From positions 1,604,538 to 1,668,537 of the forward strand of contig CAJINV010000015.1 of NCBI GenBank assembly GCA_905178155.1: DNA of 64,000 nucleotides, read 5' to 3'. A program made the translations under genes and the position numbers. Shown in pieces: positions 1 through 10,923 of this stretch. The notes under the pieces were generated by a model. It was not told where the DNA came from, made no database searches, and saw only the letters and a list, made by a program, of their open reading frames with translations. Position 1 is the stretch's first letter; each line of letters opens with the position of its first letter. This DNA comes from Amoebophrya sp. A120. Taxonomy: Eukaryota > Protista > Dinoflagellata.

Positions 1-2364
1 GCACGACCCCAATCACTTCGAAATCTACAAGGGCCAGTATGAGAGTACACAACTCCCCCTCCCGCCCCTCATTTGTCATGCAGCACCCGACAACATCTAG
101 TCGCTGCCCTGTGGCACTGTTTCCATGACAAATTCCGGAAGCCCAAACAGTACTACATCAGGTATATCAATTTGTCATGCATATGCTCCACGTGTGCTGG
201 TGTTTGTATTGCTGTTCATGCCATACACATGAGGGGGACAGGGAGTTGTGCACTCTCATAGCCAGCCGCCGGGCTTGCCGCCCCCCTCCGGCGGCCCCCG
301 CCCGCAAACCGGCATGCACGCGGCCGGGGCGGTGGCAGGAGCTGGTGGAACCACTGCGGGCGGGCTTAAACCAGGCTTGCTCCCTGCGGGCATGTATCAA
401 CTGCAAAAATGTCTGGGTCTGGAAACTTGTAATGCTGCGTTGGGAATAGTGAATCAATGCTCTATAATGCGCAGGCAAGCATGAGAAATACAAATATCTG
501 CGCTTCTTTATGACAGGCAAAAGGGTCTGTTCTTGGACACGCATCACAAACTTTTTGGTCATGCCAGACAAGCATGACAAAATCTCAAATCTTCCAGACC
601 AAGACATTTTTGCATTTGATAGCATGGTCGCGGGACAACCGAATGATATCCGGAACGCGATCTCGGGCGCGGAGAAGGAACTGTCGACGAAGGTTTTGGC
701 CAGCATAATACCCGGCTTTGCCGGATCCACAGGGACTGCTGCAGGGACCAACGGGAAGACATTAAACGGGGGCGACCAGCAAGTGGCCCTAGACGAAGCG
801 GCACTGAATCCTCTGCTACTCGGGCAACAAATCCTGGTTAACGCAGCGGCGGTGGCGGCGACGAGTATAATAATGTGTTTTTGAGTGATCATCAACATCT
901 GTTTCTGTAGGAATGCTTGGTCAACATCCGCTCGTCTAGTTTGGGCTTAGGGTTTAGGGTCACCAGAAAAAGAATTTCAAATCACAAAGACACACATCAT
1001 CACCCCCACCAGGTACGGCCCAGTTGACCGGTGGGCACCTCGGGCTCGCGACCGCGCCCATGAAACTCACCGATTTGAACAACATCGACTGTGGCCAGCA
1101 GCGGTACGTTGGCATTGTGAAGTCGTTTGACAAGTTGAAGCAACTCGGCTACCTGCAGGCGGACGTTTTATCTAATCGCTTCATCGGTTACGACACCCCA
1201 CAGAAAATGGAAGTGGCGGTTATGAAAGAGGATTTCCAGCGGCTGAACCTGTACGCGGGCTGCATCGTTTCCTTCCAACTCGCGATATTCGCGCCGGACC
1301 ACAACGGCAGCTTCCGCGGCAAGGAAGAGCTGGAAGAAGCGGCGGCGGTTGGGAGTAGTGCTGGGTTGAAAAAACTGCCCTCGGTCATGGAGCTCGGCGG
1401 GGAGAAGAAACCAATCGTATAAATGAAGATGGATTCTCATTCTTTACTTACACGGCTTTTTTTTTTGATTTGGTGTCAAGCTCATGCACTGTATTTGAAC
1501 CGTTTGAAATTGTTGATGAGGTAAATCAATCACTACATTCGATTTCGAAAGACGTTGTGCAAGAAAAGCAGGAGTGCAAAATAGCATCAATTTCATCAAC
1601 CTCAACTTTTATTCCAGGCCGAACAAGTCGAGCTGGTCGACCCGATGTTGTTCGTCCCGGGCATGCCGAAGGTCGTAGCCAAGAAAAAAACGAAGAAGAA
1701 CCGGCAAGCCCTGGACGAACTGGAAAAAAACCTGCCAAACGCGATCGACTTGGCGCAGATTCTGAAAGACGTGGAAAACGTGGCGGAATTGGTTGAAAGC
1801 GAGCTCTTTGTCGTGGAAAAAGAAATTTTAACCCGGGACTTAAAGAACCTCGAGGAGCTGAAACGTGAAGAGCGAAGGTCGTTGAAGAGAATGAGGCGGG
1901 AACTGAAAGAAAAGGCGAGCAAAGATACAACTGGAGGCCGCGGCGGTGACAAGGACAAGAACAAAGGAGCTGCTGATGATGACGACAAGAGACGGAGTAG
2001 AAGCCGGTCCAGATCTAGGTCCAGATCCGACAGATCGAGGAGCAGTCGGAGTCGTAGCCGACGACGGCCGCGCAGTAAAGATCGACGGCGGAGGAACAAC
2101 AGTGGAAATAAACGAAGCGCCAGTCGCGACCGGCGCGGGGGTCCCCGGCCGCCAAGAAGAGACGGAACGAATTATTCGAGGAGTAGGAGTGCAAAACGAG
2201 ATGGGGATAGGAAGAACAGCAGGAGTAGAAGAGACCGCGACAACACGAGAGACCGGGGCGGGGGGAGAGGGAGAAGGGATAGTCGAGGCGGGGGTGGGAG
2301 CCGGAGGAGTCGAGGAAGAGGCAGGAGAAGGTCAAGGTCCAGATCGAAATCGAGAAGGAGGTAG
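1..2364 (+). CDS. 5'-partial cold-shock-domain-like protein with Arg/Ser-rich C-terminus (RNA-binding, SR-like)
   Basis: Spliced model: introners 38-260 and 395-621; GT-AG introns 865-1012 and 1417-1617. RYVGIVKSFDKLKQLGYL resembles the CSD N-terminal strands; RS-rich tail; stop at 2364. Confidence 0.65.
38..260. mobile_element. Introner family C (TIR TAT..GTGCACAACTCCCCC)
   Basis: TIR; TSD GCCAG. Confidence 0.85.
395..621. mobile_element. Introner family A (TIR TAT..TGCAAAAATGTCTGGGTCTGGAA)
   Basis: TIR; TSD GCATG. Confidence 0.9.
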
Positions 2365-2969
2365 GAACGAGAATTTGGCCTCGCTGTGAGGTAGAATCCT
2401 CGTCAATTGCTGCACCTGCTCCACATCATCGCTAATCGCAAGCTTGATGATTGAAACAAGGCCGTCAGTAACGTAAACGAGCGACATTGGTGTACCATAC
2501 TGTAGTCTTGTATTGCGAATGCACAAGCACAACGAAAAAATCATCACTCAACAAGCGCGGCGGCAATGAAGCGCACCACAACAATCTGAAAAACAGTGTT
2601 CGAACTTATGCGGGGGTGGAATTCAACAACAAGCAGAGAAGTTCGTGTACCAACGGAGAAGAAAGATCTACAACTGCACAAGGTCTACTTTTTCTGTTCC
2701 AGGATCGTTCACCAATCATGTGAAACAGGTTTAAGAAATAAAAGTGTTTCCGTGTCCAAAAAGCTTGTCAACAGTAAAAGCAGTTGTGTAGGTTCGACTG
2801 AAGTAGAAGCTGTACACCTCAGTTATGCTTTCTATGTGCCAACATTACAACTCCATCCAACAAGTATCTCGCCCCACAACAAAAAACAATCGATAGGTAT
2901 CGGCTCTGCTGTAGAAAAACAATTGTGGTCCTCCATATCTCTAACTCCAACTAAGCCTTGTGTTTGTCG

Positions 2970-5900
2970 ATGCTTTCAGTCAGTGCAAGTCGCAGAGCAT
3001 TGACTTCTGCTGGTGTTTTCTCTAGAAGTACTGTAGTGCGACAACCAGCAATACGATTGGTAAGGCAATTCTCCAAGAAAGATTCGTTATCCTTGCCTCG
3101 ATCATTTACGACAAATTTTTCCGCTAAAGTAAAAACTACACCGATTCATCGTAGAAACTACACGCTCAGCATTCCACCTCGTTATCACACATTATTAGCC
3201 TCACGATCCTTCCTTACCACTACCAGAGCCCCTGTTCTGACCAACAAGATGGCTCCCGCTGCACCCGAAGACGGCGCGGAAACCGCCGCTCTGCCGAGTT
3301 CTTTCACCGAGGAGGAAATGAAGGAGGATCCCTACCTCTACCTCGAAGAGGTGGAATCGGAAAAAGCGCTGAATTGGGTGATATGCATTGCAAATATGTT
3401 TGGGTCGGGAAGAATGCGTGTTCGTCATGCTTGTCTGGCATGATTCGAGAATCTGTGTTGCATAGACACGAAAAGGCCCTCTTACCTGTCATGCAAAAAC
3501 GAAGTTTGCCATGCGGAATACGTAAGTCATGGCAGCCAAAAAATTTGTCGTGCATAGCTGCGTATTGCAGTGCGTCTATCATTCACTTTTAGCATTACAA
3601 GTTTACAGACCCAGACATGTTTGCACTTGATAGGTGAAAGAGCAGAACAAAATCACTTTGGACAAGGTGGTTTCCATATCAAATGTAAAAATGTCTGGGT
3701 CTGGAAGAATGCAAGTTGTGATGCTGCATTTGGATTCCAAAAAAATCTGTATTGCATGAGCAGCAAAGGGAATGCAATTTTTTCTACGCGGAGAGGGAAT
3801 TTGTCATGCGGAATAGGCATCGCGAAGCCCTCAAAAAATCTGTGATGCTAGGGCATGCATCACAGACATCATGGCCAATGCAAAACATGCATGACAAGTC
3901 TCAGAATCTTCCAGACCCAGACATTTTTACATTTGATATTCCAAAACTGCTGCTGCTTCAAGCAACAAGTACACCAAAATCGTGATTGAGGACACGGAAG
4001 AATACAAGCGGTCCCTGCAGATCCTCGACTCCAAGGACAAAATAGCCCACGTGCGGAAAATTGGCTCGTATTACTACAACTTCTGGCGCGACGAGAAACA
4101 TGTGAAAGGGATCTGGCGGCGGACGAGTTTTTCTGAATACGGGGGCATATGGATTGCAAATATGTCTGGGTCTGGAAACTTGTGATGCTAAAATGTGCAT
4201 GATGAAAACACTTCCGAATGCAGTCCGGCACGACAACTTCCCAAAACGCTTTTTCATAGGCAATCCACATGAGAAACTGCGTTTTTGCATGACAAAAGAG
4301 GCTGCGACTTTTGTTAATTATGCAATACAGATTTTCTAGGTATGGAAAGCTAGCATTACAAGTTGCAACCTTCCAGACCCAGACATTTTTACAATCCATA
4401 GGGCAAGCAGGACCCGGAAAGCGTCGAGTGGGAAACGGTGCTGGATTTGGACGAGCTCAGCAAGAAGGAAGACAAGTCCTGGGTGTGGTCGGGGTACAGT
4501 TTGCTGCCGGAATTGGGGTTGATGGAACAAGATTCTGGTAGTACCACTGAAGTAGAGAATGCTGAGCAAAAACGTCCCCACCCCATAGTCAAGATGGAGA
4601 TTTTGCAACACAAACCTAGAAGTTTTGCGAGTCACGCATGACAAGTTGCAGGCTGTATTGTAGTGCAGTCTAGCAAGGATATCCGCATAACAAATCCATT
4701 TCCTCATCCTGTTTACAGCATTACAAGTTCCAAAACACGACAGAAAGTGCCTCACTTGGGGATGCGCATCACAAATGCCCCTGTACTTGCTAATCTGCAT
4801 GACAACTATAGAGTGGGGACGTTTTTGCTTAGGATATAGAGAAAAAAGACGTCATCGCGCTGCTCAAGCTCTCCCCCGGCGGGTCTGACGCGGTGGTTGT
4901 TCGGGAGTTTTCCCTGACAAAAAAGCAATTTTTGTCCGAAGACAAAACACGAGACAGCGCGTTCACGGTGGAAGAGAACAAAACGCAGATCTCCTACCTG
5001 GACCGCGACACGGTTTATCAACTGTAAAAATGTCTGGGTCTGGAAGAATACAACTTGTCATGCTAAATCTGAATGATGCAAAAATCTGTGTTGCGTGAGT
5101 ACCAAAAGCTGTCCACTGTTGACCAAGTTGAGAGGGAGTTTCTCATGCAGGAGAGGCATGATAGAGACCTCAGAGAATCTGTCATGCTAGGTCCTGCATT
5201 CCAGACCTCATGGGTCATGGAAAAGCTGCATGACAAGTCGCGCATTCTTCCAGACCCAGACATTTTTACACTTGATACGGTTTTTCTCGGCACGAAGTTT
5301 GAAAACGAGGAGTTCAACGGGCTAACCGACTCGTATAGCGTTCTCAACTGTTACATTCTCAACTGTTACATGGATTTGTGATGCAAGAATGGCAAAAGTC
5401 AAAGTAGGGAGGTTGCACCTGTAGCATTCCAAATTCCGCACAGATGTAGGTGCTGTTTAGCCTTTCCAAAATTTGTCATGCAGAGTAGCTTTATCTTGTG
5501 AATATTGATGTTTGTTTTGCATTACAAATCATGTAACAGTTGAGAATGTAACAGTTGAGAGCGCCATAACTCGGGATACCCCAGGATGGTGAAAATTTGG
5601 GCCCGGGGGAAAGAGAAAACGCAGTTAAAAACGATTTTCGACGGGAATAAACAGGATGTCGCGTCCGGCGGCCACGCGTATAGCTGGACACGGGTGGATG
5701 AGAAAACGCAGAAGAAAATCACGACCATCTACGATTCCATCGGCCAGTCGAAAACGTTTTACACCCGCGACCACTACATCAAAAATGGGTATTGGGAATT
5801 CGTCTACGACGAGAATAATTCTTCATCCAACGCAGATGTTACCCTTTCTTCCATCCGTAACACAGATTTGACCGATACATCTGTTTGCAAGAAATTCTAC

Positions 5901-8900
5901 CCGGACACGGAACCCGATAAGCTGATCCGATTGTCTGGCGTTCCCGACTCCGCGGACGTTTCTGTTTACCAGGACTACGCGGTGATTTCTCTGAGGAAAG
6001 ATTGGGGAGATAGTACAGACAAGGAAAACGCGGACTTCTTCTACCCGGGGGGATCGCTTCTTGTCGTACCGTTGAAAAAGTTGATCGATGTCGCCGGGGA
6101 GGTTTTGCCGACGTTCAAAGCGGACTCGCTTCCCGAAGTGACCGAGGAGAATGATTATTACAAAGAGAACTTTGTGAACAACGGGAAGACTTTACAGCTC
6201 CGGAAGATGTGCAAAATGCTGTTCAAGGGGGGAGTCGAGGGCGAAGCGCTGCAGGACACGTGCGAAACCAAGGACTACTTGATCATCCACAAGACCGTGA
6301 ATTTGAAGCCGGAGCTGGAATTTTGGAAGAAAGGAAATAATGACGGAACACCGAGCGGAGATTGGGTTTTGGACACCAGTGAAAAGACGAACTTTTTGAA
6401 GACCACAGGCGGAGCTGGGAAACATGACGCCGCGGACGAGAACATTTTTGAGTCGATTTCGCTCCGTTCGGTTGATTGGGACATGAGTTCGGATGATCTC
6501 TGGTTTACCTCCGAGTCCTTTTCCCGACCGGAACAGCTTTTTTACATTGACACCAAATCTACCACAACCTCCTATGGCGTTCTCAAACGTTACATTCTCA
6601 ACTGTTACATGGATTTGTAATGCAGGAACAGCAACAATCAAAGTGGCAAGACTGGAGCTTTCGCATTACAGACTTTCCACAGATTATCATGCTATTTAGC
6701 CCTTCGAAAATTTGTCATGCTAAGCACCTTGAGCAAGTGGAGGGCAATGGCAATTTTGCATGACAAATTCATGTAACAGTTGAGAATGTAACGTTTGAGA
6801 ACTCCATACCTCCACCGCGGAAAAGAAACTGTTGAAGTCCGCCCCGAAATTCTTCGACGACGATAAAGTCACGACGAGCCATATGGGAGTGTCAGAATCG
6901 AAATTGACAAAATCGGAAAACTTGTGATGCGCAAAATCGATGCCAGTTAGACCCACAGTTTGTAGTCGGCGCATGACAAATTCTCCTCGTCCTGGAAGCG
7001 AGTCTGTCATGCGGTTTAAGGCAAAAGAGCTGCCTTCTGTCATGCTAGTCAGCAGCCCAACACTTAACCCTTAAGTACCAGGACTACAATCCGCCTTCCT
7101 TGCATCCTCTGCAATAGAGTCGCTTTTTGCGTAGCATTTTGTGCATTACAGATCATTGCGATTTTGTCGATTTCGATCCTGACACTCCCATAAGCCAAAG
7201 ATGGGTCGTGTCGAAAGACGGCACCCGGGTGCCCTACTTTCTCGTCGGGAAAGACTTGACTAGTTCCTCCAAAAGCACCAAACCGCGCCCCACCTGTCTC
7301 TACGGCTATGGGGGGTTCGAGATATCCCTAACGCCCAGCTACATGGCGATCGCGGGTCAGCAGTGGATTGAGAAGGGAGGAATTTTTGCGCTGGCGAATA
7401 TCCGCGGTGGCGGGGAATTTGGGCCGCAGTGGCACCTATCCTCTGCAAAAGTATCGTACTCGTAGTAATTGTATGTAGTGAGGTCACCGAACGGTTCTAA
7501 CCGGGGAGTTTTTTTGCCACCTACCGTGAAAAACGACCGGCAGTTTTCAAGCGGCCGGAAGCGTTTTTTGACATAAAAGATTTTCAATTATCAAGCCTCC
7601 GGGGCTTTGAAGTCAAACAAGCCCGGTCGAAAACTATCGATTCGCACTGGATAAAACGACGCAGGGAAGCCGGCAAAAGGGGCGCCGTTCCGAGGCGCCC
7701 GCCGCCTTGGTTTCTGGCGATTTGGGGCGCCCAAAAAGGGGCGCGCAAAAAACGCGCCCAAAATCAGAACAGCGAAACAGCATGGCACGGCCGCGATTTC
7801 GGAGCATCTTGGGCGGCCGCGAAAGCGGCCGCCTTTTCGCCGGTTTTAGAGCCTGGGAAGCTTTGCAAAAAGCGCCGGCGTGAAAAATAAAAACGCGAAA
7901 AATAAAAAACGCCCCAGACGCGCAAACCCAATCCGCATGCTATGGGCCCGGTTTTTCTTCGCTTTTTGGGCGCCCCCCGTGGCACCCGGATCGGCCCCAT
8001 AGCATCGGGGCTGGCTTTCGGAAAGGAATTTGGGAAATGTGCCAAAATTTGTGATGTTTCCCAAGTGGCCGCCATACCGTGCGGCATAACGTTACTCACG
8101 GCGGTATGGCGAGCCCAGAAAAAACAAAGGCGTGGCCAAGGCGGCGGTCGGCAAAAAAACGCCCACGACCTCACTACCCCCGCCCCGGCGGCTATATTTG
8201 GTAAGTGCAGCCATGCATGACAAATGATCCAGCTTTCTACCCGAACACGCATGACAAATTCTTTTTCCGATAAATGTGTAATGCGATTTTCTCTTATCAT
8301 GATACTTTTGCAATGCATAGCACCAAGCCGCGTTGAAGGAAAACCGACCGAAGGCATACGAAGATTTCGAGGCGTGCGGAATGGACTTAATTTCCAGCGG
8401 AGTCACGACCAAGGAGATGCTCGGTACTTAGTTTCGTACGGCGCTCCGTTCCTGCTCGTGCAGTATCTCCTAGTTGTACACAGATCTCTTTTCATGTCAT
8501 GCAGTGTCAGCAACAGCATGGTAAGAAAAGCAAACAAATATGATGATGATGTCTTTCAGATGTATTACTCAATCGAACGGCCACCAACCCACCCCCAACG
8601 CCCTCACAGGTTGCATGGGCGGTTCCAACGGCGGGCTTTTAACCGGCAACATCTTCGTTCGCGGGGCCCAAAAACCCGAATTGATCTTCAGCGCCATTGT
8701 GTCCCAGTGCCCGCTACTCGACATGAAGCGGTTTCACAAACTCCTAGCCGGCGCGAGTTGGATGGCGGAGTACGGGAATCCGGACTTGGGCGAGTATGAG
8801 AAATTCATCAAAAATTTATGCACTGCAAAAGTATCGTAGTAGTATAAATCGCATGACAGATTTCCTCAGCATGAGAAATGGAATTTCTAATGCGCATCTG

Positions 8901-9866
8901 GCTCGAGAATGAAATTTGTAATGCATGAATGCGATTAGTACGAGTGCGATACTTTTGCACAGGATAAAACTACTCCCCGTACCAAATGATCGAAGCAATG
9001 GAAAAAGCAAAAACCCATTCCTATGCAAGAAAAAAACTGTGTGAGTGTAGGTGTCTTGGAGTTGTGACAGCATGACAAATTTGCTCTGCATGACAGAGAA
9101 AACCTGTCATGCAAACCGCAAAACAAACACATAACAAAAACAGGACTTCATGGCTGGCCAGGATGACAGGTGTATCTGTGTTGCATGCTTTGCATTGCAG
9201 ACTTGCAGCTACAGAGTTTTTTTCTTGGATAACTCCGCGATCCTCTTCACCACGTCCACCAAAGACGACCGCGTGCACCCGGGCCACGCGCGAAAGATGG
9301 TATCATTTGTAAAAACGTCCCCACCCCAGAGTTGTCATGCAACTGTGCAATGACAGCAACATTTGTAATGCGCAGCTCCATGAGAGGCATTTCCAATCGT
9401 GCTTTGGAATTTGTAATGCTGTACACAGGATGAGAAAGTGGCTTTCTAATGCGCCTTCCCTTGCCAACCAGCACTACATACACTGCAGAGGGAAGCTTGT
9501 CATGCACAGCTCCCAAAACTTGGTGACTTGTGTTGCTAGCTTTCCAACTTGACTATGGGGTGGGGACGTTTTTGCTTAGGATAGATGGTGAAACGGATCC
9601 AGGACATGCTGGAGCTCCCGAATGAAGGGGCCGCCGACATTGTCCGCTACTACGAAAACATCGAGGGCGGCCACGCGGGGGCGGCGGACAACAAGCAAAG
9701 AGCGTTCATGAAAACCCTGGAGTGGCTGTTTCTGTGGGAAAAACTTTCTGGCGGTCGTGGGGGAAAGGGCGGTAGTCGTAGTGTGTCGCCGTCGAAGAAG
9801 TCGCGCGGGTGCTGCGTGCCGGGGCCTAGTGACTCGTCTCCGCGGGAAGAAAACTCCTGCTTGTAA
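2970..9866 (+). CDS. Prolyl oligopeptidase (peptidase S9A), possible mitochondrial presequence
   Basis: After removing 12 introners and GT-AG intron 8424-8609: DPYLYLE, LSPGGSDAVVVREF, SGYPR, YGYGGF, NIRGGGEFG, GGSNGGLL (catalytic Ser), DDRVHPGH (Asp), EGGHAG (His). Confidence 0.95.
3382..3632. mobile_element. Introner family A
   Basis: TIR; TSD GGTGA. Confidence 0.9.
3677..3938. mobile_element. Introner family A
   Basis: TIR; TSD TTCCA; no GT/AG available at the junction. Confidence 0.9.
4148..4400. mobile_element. Introner family A
   Basis: TIR; TSD GGGCA. Confidence 0.9.
4558..4836. mobile_element. Introner family D (TIR ..AAAAACGTCCCCAC)
   Basis: TIR; TSD TAGAG; left end AA instead of TA. 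Confidence 0.85.
5016..5277. mobile_element. Introner family A
   Basis: TIR; TSD CGGTT. Confidence 0.9.
5334..5568. mobile_element. Introner family E (TIR ..CTCAACTGTTACATTCTCAACTGTTACA)
   Basis: TIR; TSD ACTCG. Confidence 0.9.
6573..6808. mobile_element. Introner family E
   Basis: TIR; TSD CCTCC. Confidence 0.9.
6882..7192. mobile_element. Introner family F (TIR TATGG..GTGTCAG..GAAAT.GACAAA)
   Basis: TIR; TSD AGCCA. Confidence 0.9.
7437..8319. mobile_element. Introner family B (TIR TAT..TGCAAAAGTATC) with nested insertion
   Basis: TIR; TSD GCACC; 883 bp. Confidence 0.85.
7475..8177. mobile_element. Nested MITE-like GC-rich insertion
   Basis: Inverted ends GTAGTGAGGTC / GACCTCACTAC; lacks the introner internal motif. 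Confidence 0.55.
8817..8966. mobile_element. Introner family B
   Basis: TIR; TSD AAATT/AAACT. Confidence 0.85.
9022..9231. mobile_element. Introner family H (TIR TAT..AAGAAAAAAACT)
   Basis: TIR; TSD ATTCC/ACTCC. Confidence 0.85.
9301..9583. mobile_element. Introner family D
   Basis: TIR; TSD GATGG. Confidence 0.9.
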
Positions 9867-10923
9867 ACAGCAGTTCTCGGAGGTGCGTGGTTGTACACGA
9901 GCTGATATCTTCTCCAATGTCGTGTCGGTTTAGGTCGAGACGACGACGCGAATAGGTTTTCTGTAGTTTCGAGAAATAAACGAATTTTTCATGATGCTAG
10001 CGAAGCATCTAGTTGAAACTTGTCGTCGATATGCGTCTTTTTCGCCTACATGCGGTTCTTTTTCTACGACCTGTCATGGAGTTTTTCAATTTCGAATCTA
10101 CAAGTGAGCGGTTGATGTTGATGTAAATGATTTTCAGCAGAATGATATCAAGGTGTCACGAGTGCGTCTACAGCAGGGTCGCCTTTTCTACAAGGTCGAG
10201 TATAATCAAAGTGCAGTGCTCGGCACAGGACGTATGTCTCATCTCCTCGTGTATTTGCTGAATGTACTCCAAAGATTTTTCGTCAGCTCAGCGGCAAAGT
10301 CGGTAGTAAAATATGCTCTCATGCTACGGATCAGAAAATAAAAGGAGAGAGAAAGACGAAGAAGAAAATCAAATATACGAAAAAGACAAGATCCACGAAA
10401 CAACAGAAATGATCATGTTCATCACACAAATCCCGGGTATGTGACCCGACGTCGGTAAAATTCAAACTCGATTGATCACGTCCTTTTTCCGGTCAAATTC
10501 AACTTATTTGCTGCTGATTATTACCGCCAGTGCACCATCTGTGACAAAAACCCGCTGCAATTATAAGCCTCAGAAAACGCCCCTAAAAGACCACAGCAGT
10601 GATTCTTTTTCTTGCACAAGATCAAAATTATAGAAATAAGTCAACTACTCTCTCTTGCAACTTTAAATTAAGCTGAAGCTGTGCGAGCTGCTAGATTTAG
10701 CACTATTTTGGTTCCTTTGCTACAAGAAGTAGAAGAAGTTCAAGTCCTTGCTATTCTCAATTAAATTGCTCGTTGCGCAAAGCATTTCCTGCAAAATTTC
10801 TTCCGCAAACTCCGTGTTTTTTTGTTGGACCTGCAATTGTAACAAGAGCCGACGGCTTTATTGCTGTAAATTCACACCAAATCAAAATCAAATAGATTTG
10901 CAGCTTTTTTGCTACACAAAATC

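Noticed and set aside
943-960. Telomere-like CTTAGGGTTTAGGG
   Set aside because: Only about two units inside an intron; compatible with chance.
3677-3938. Terminal TA…TA as a Tc1/mariner-type TA duplication
   Set aside because: The reconstructed empty coding site has no TA; the duplicated sequence is the 5-mer outside, so TA belongs to the element.
2970-9866. Genes as transposon-disrupted pseudogenes
   Set aside because: Catalytic residues are intact and precise excision restores the frame with no stops in the junctions examined.
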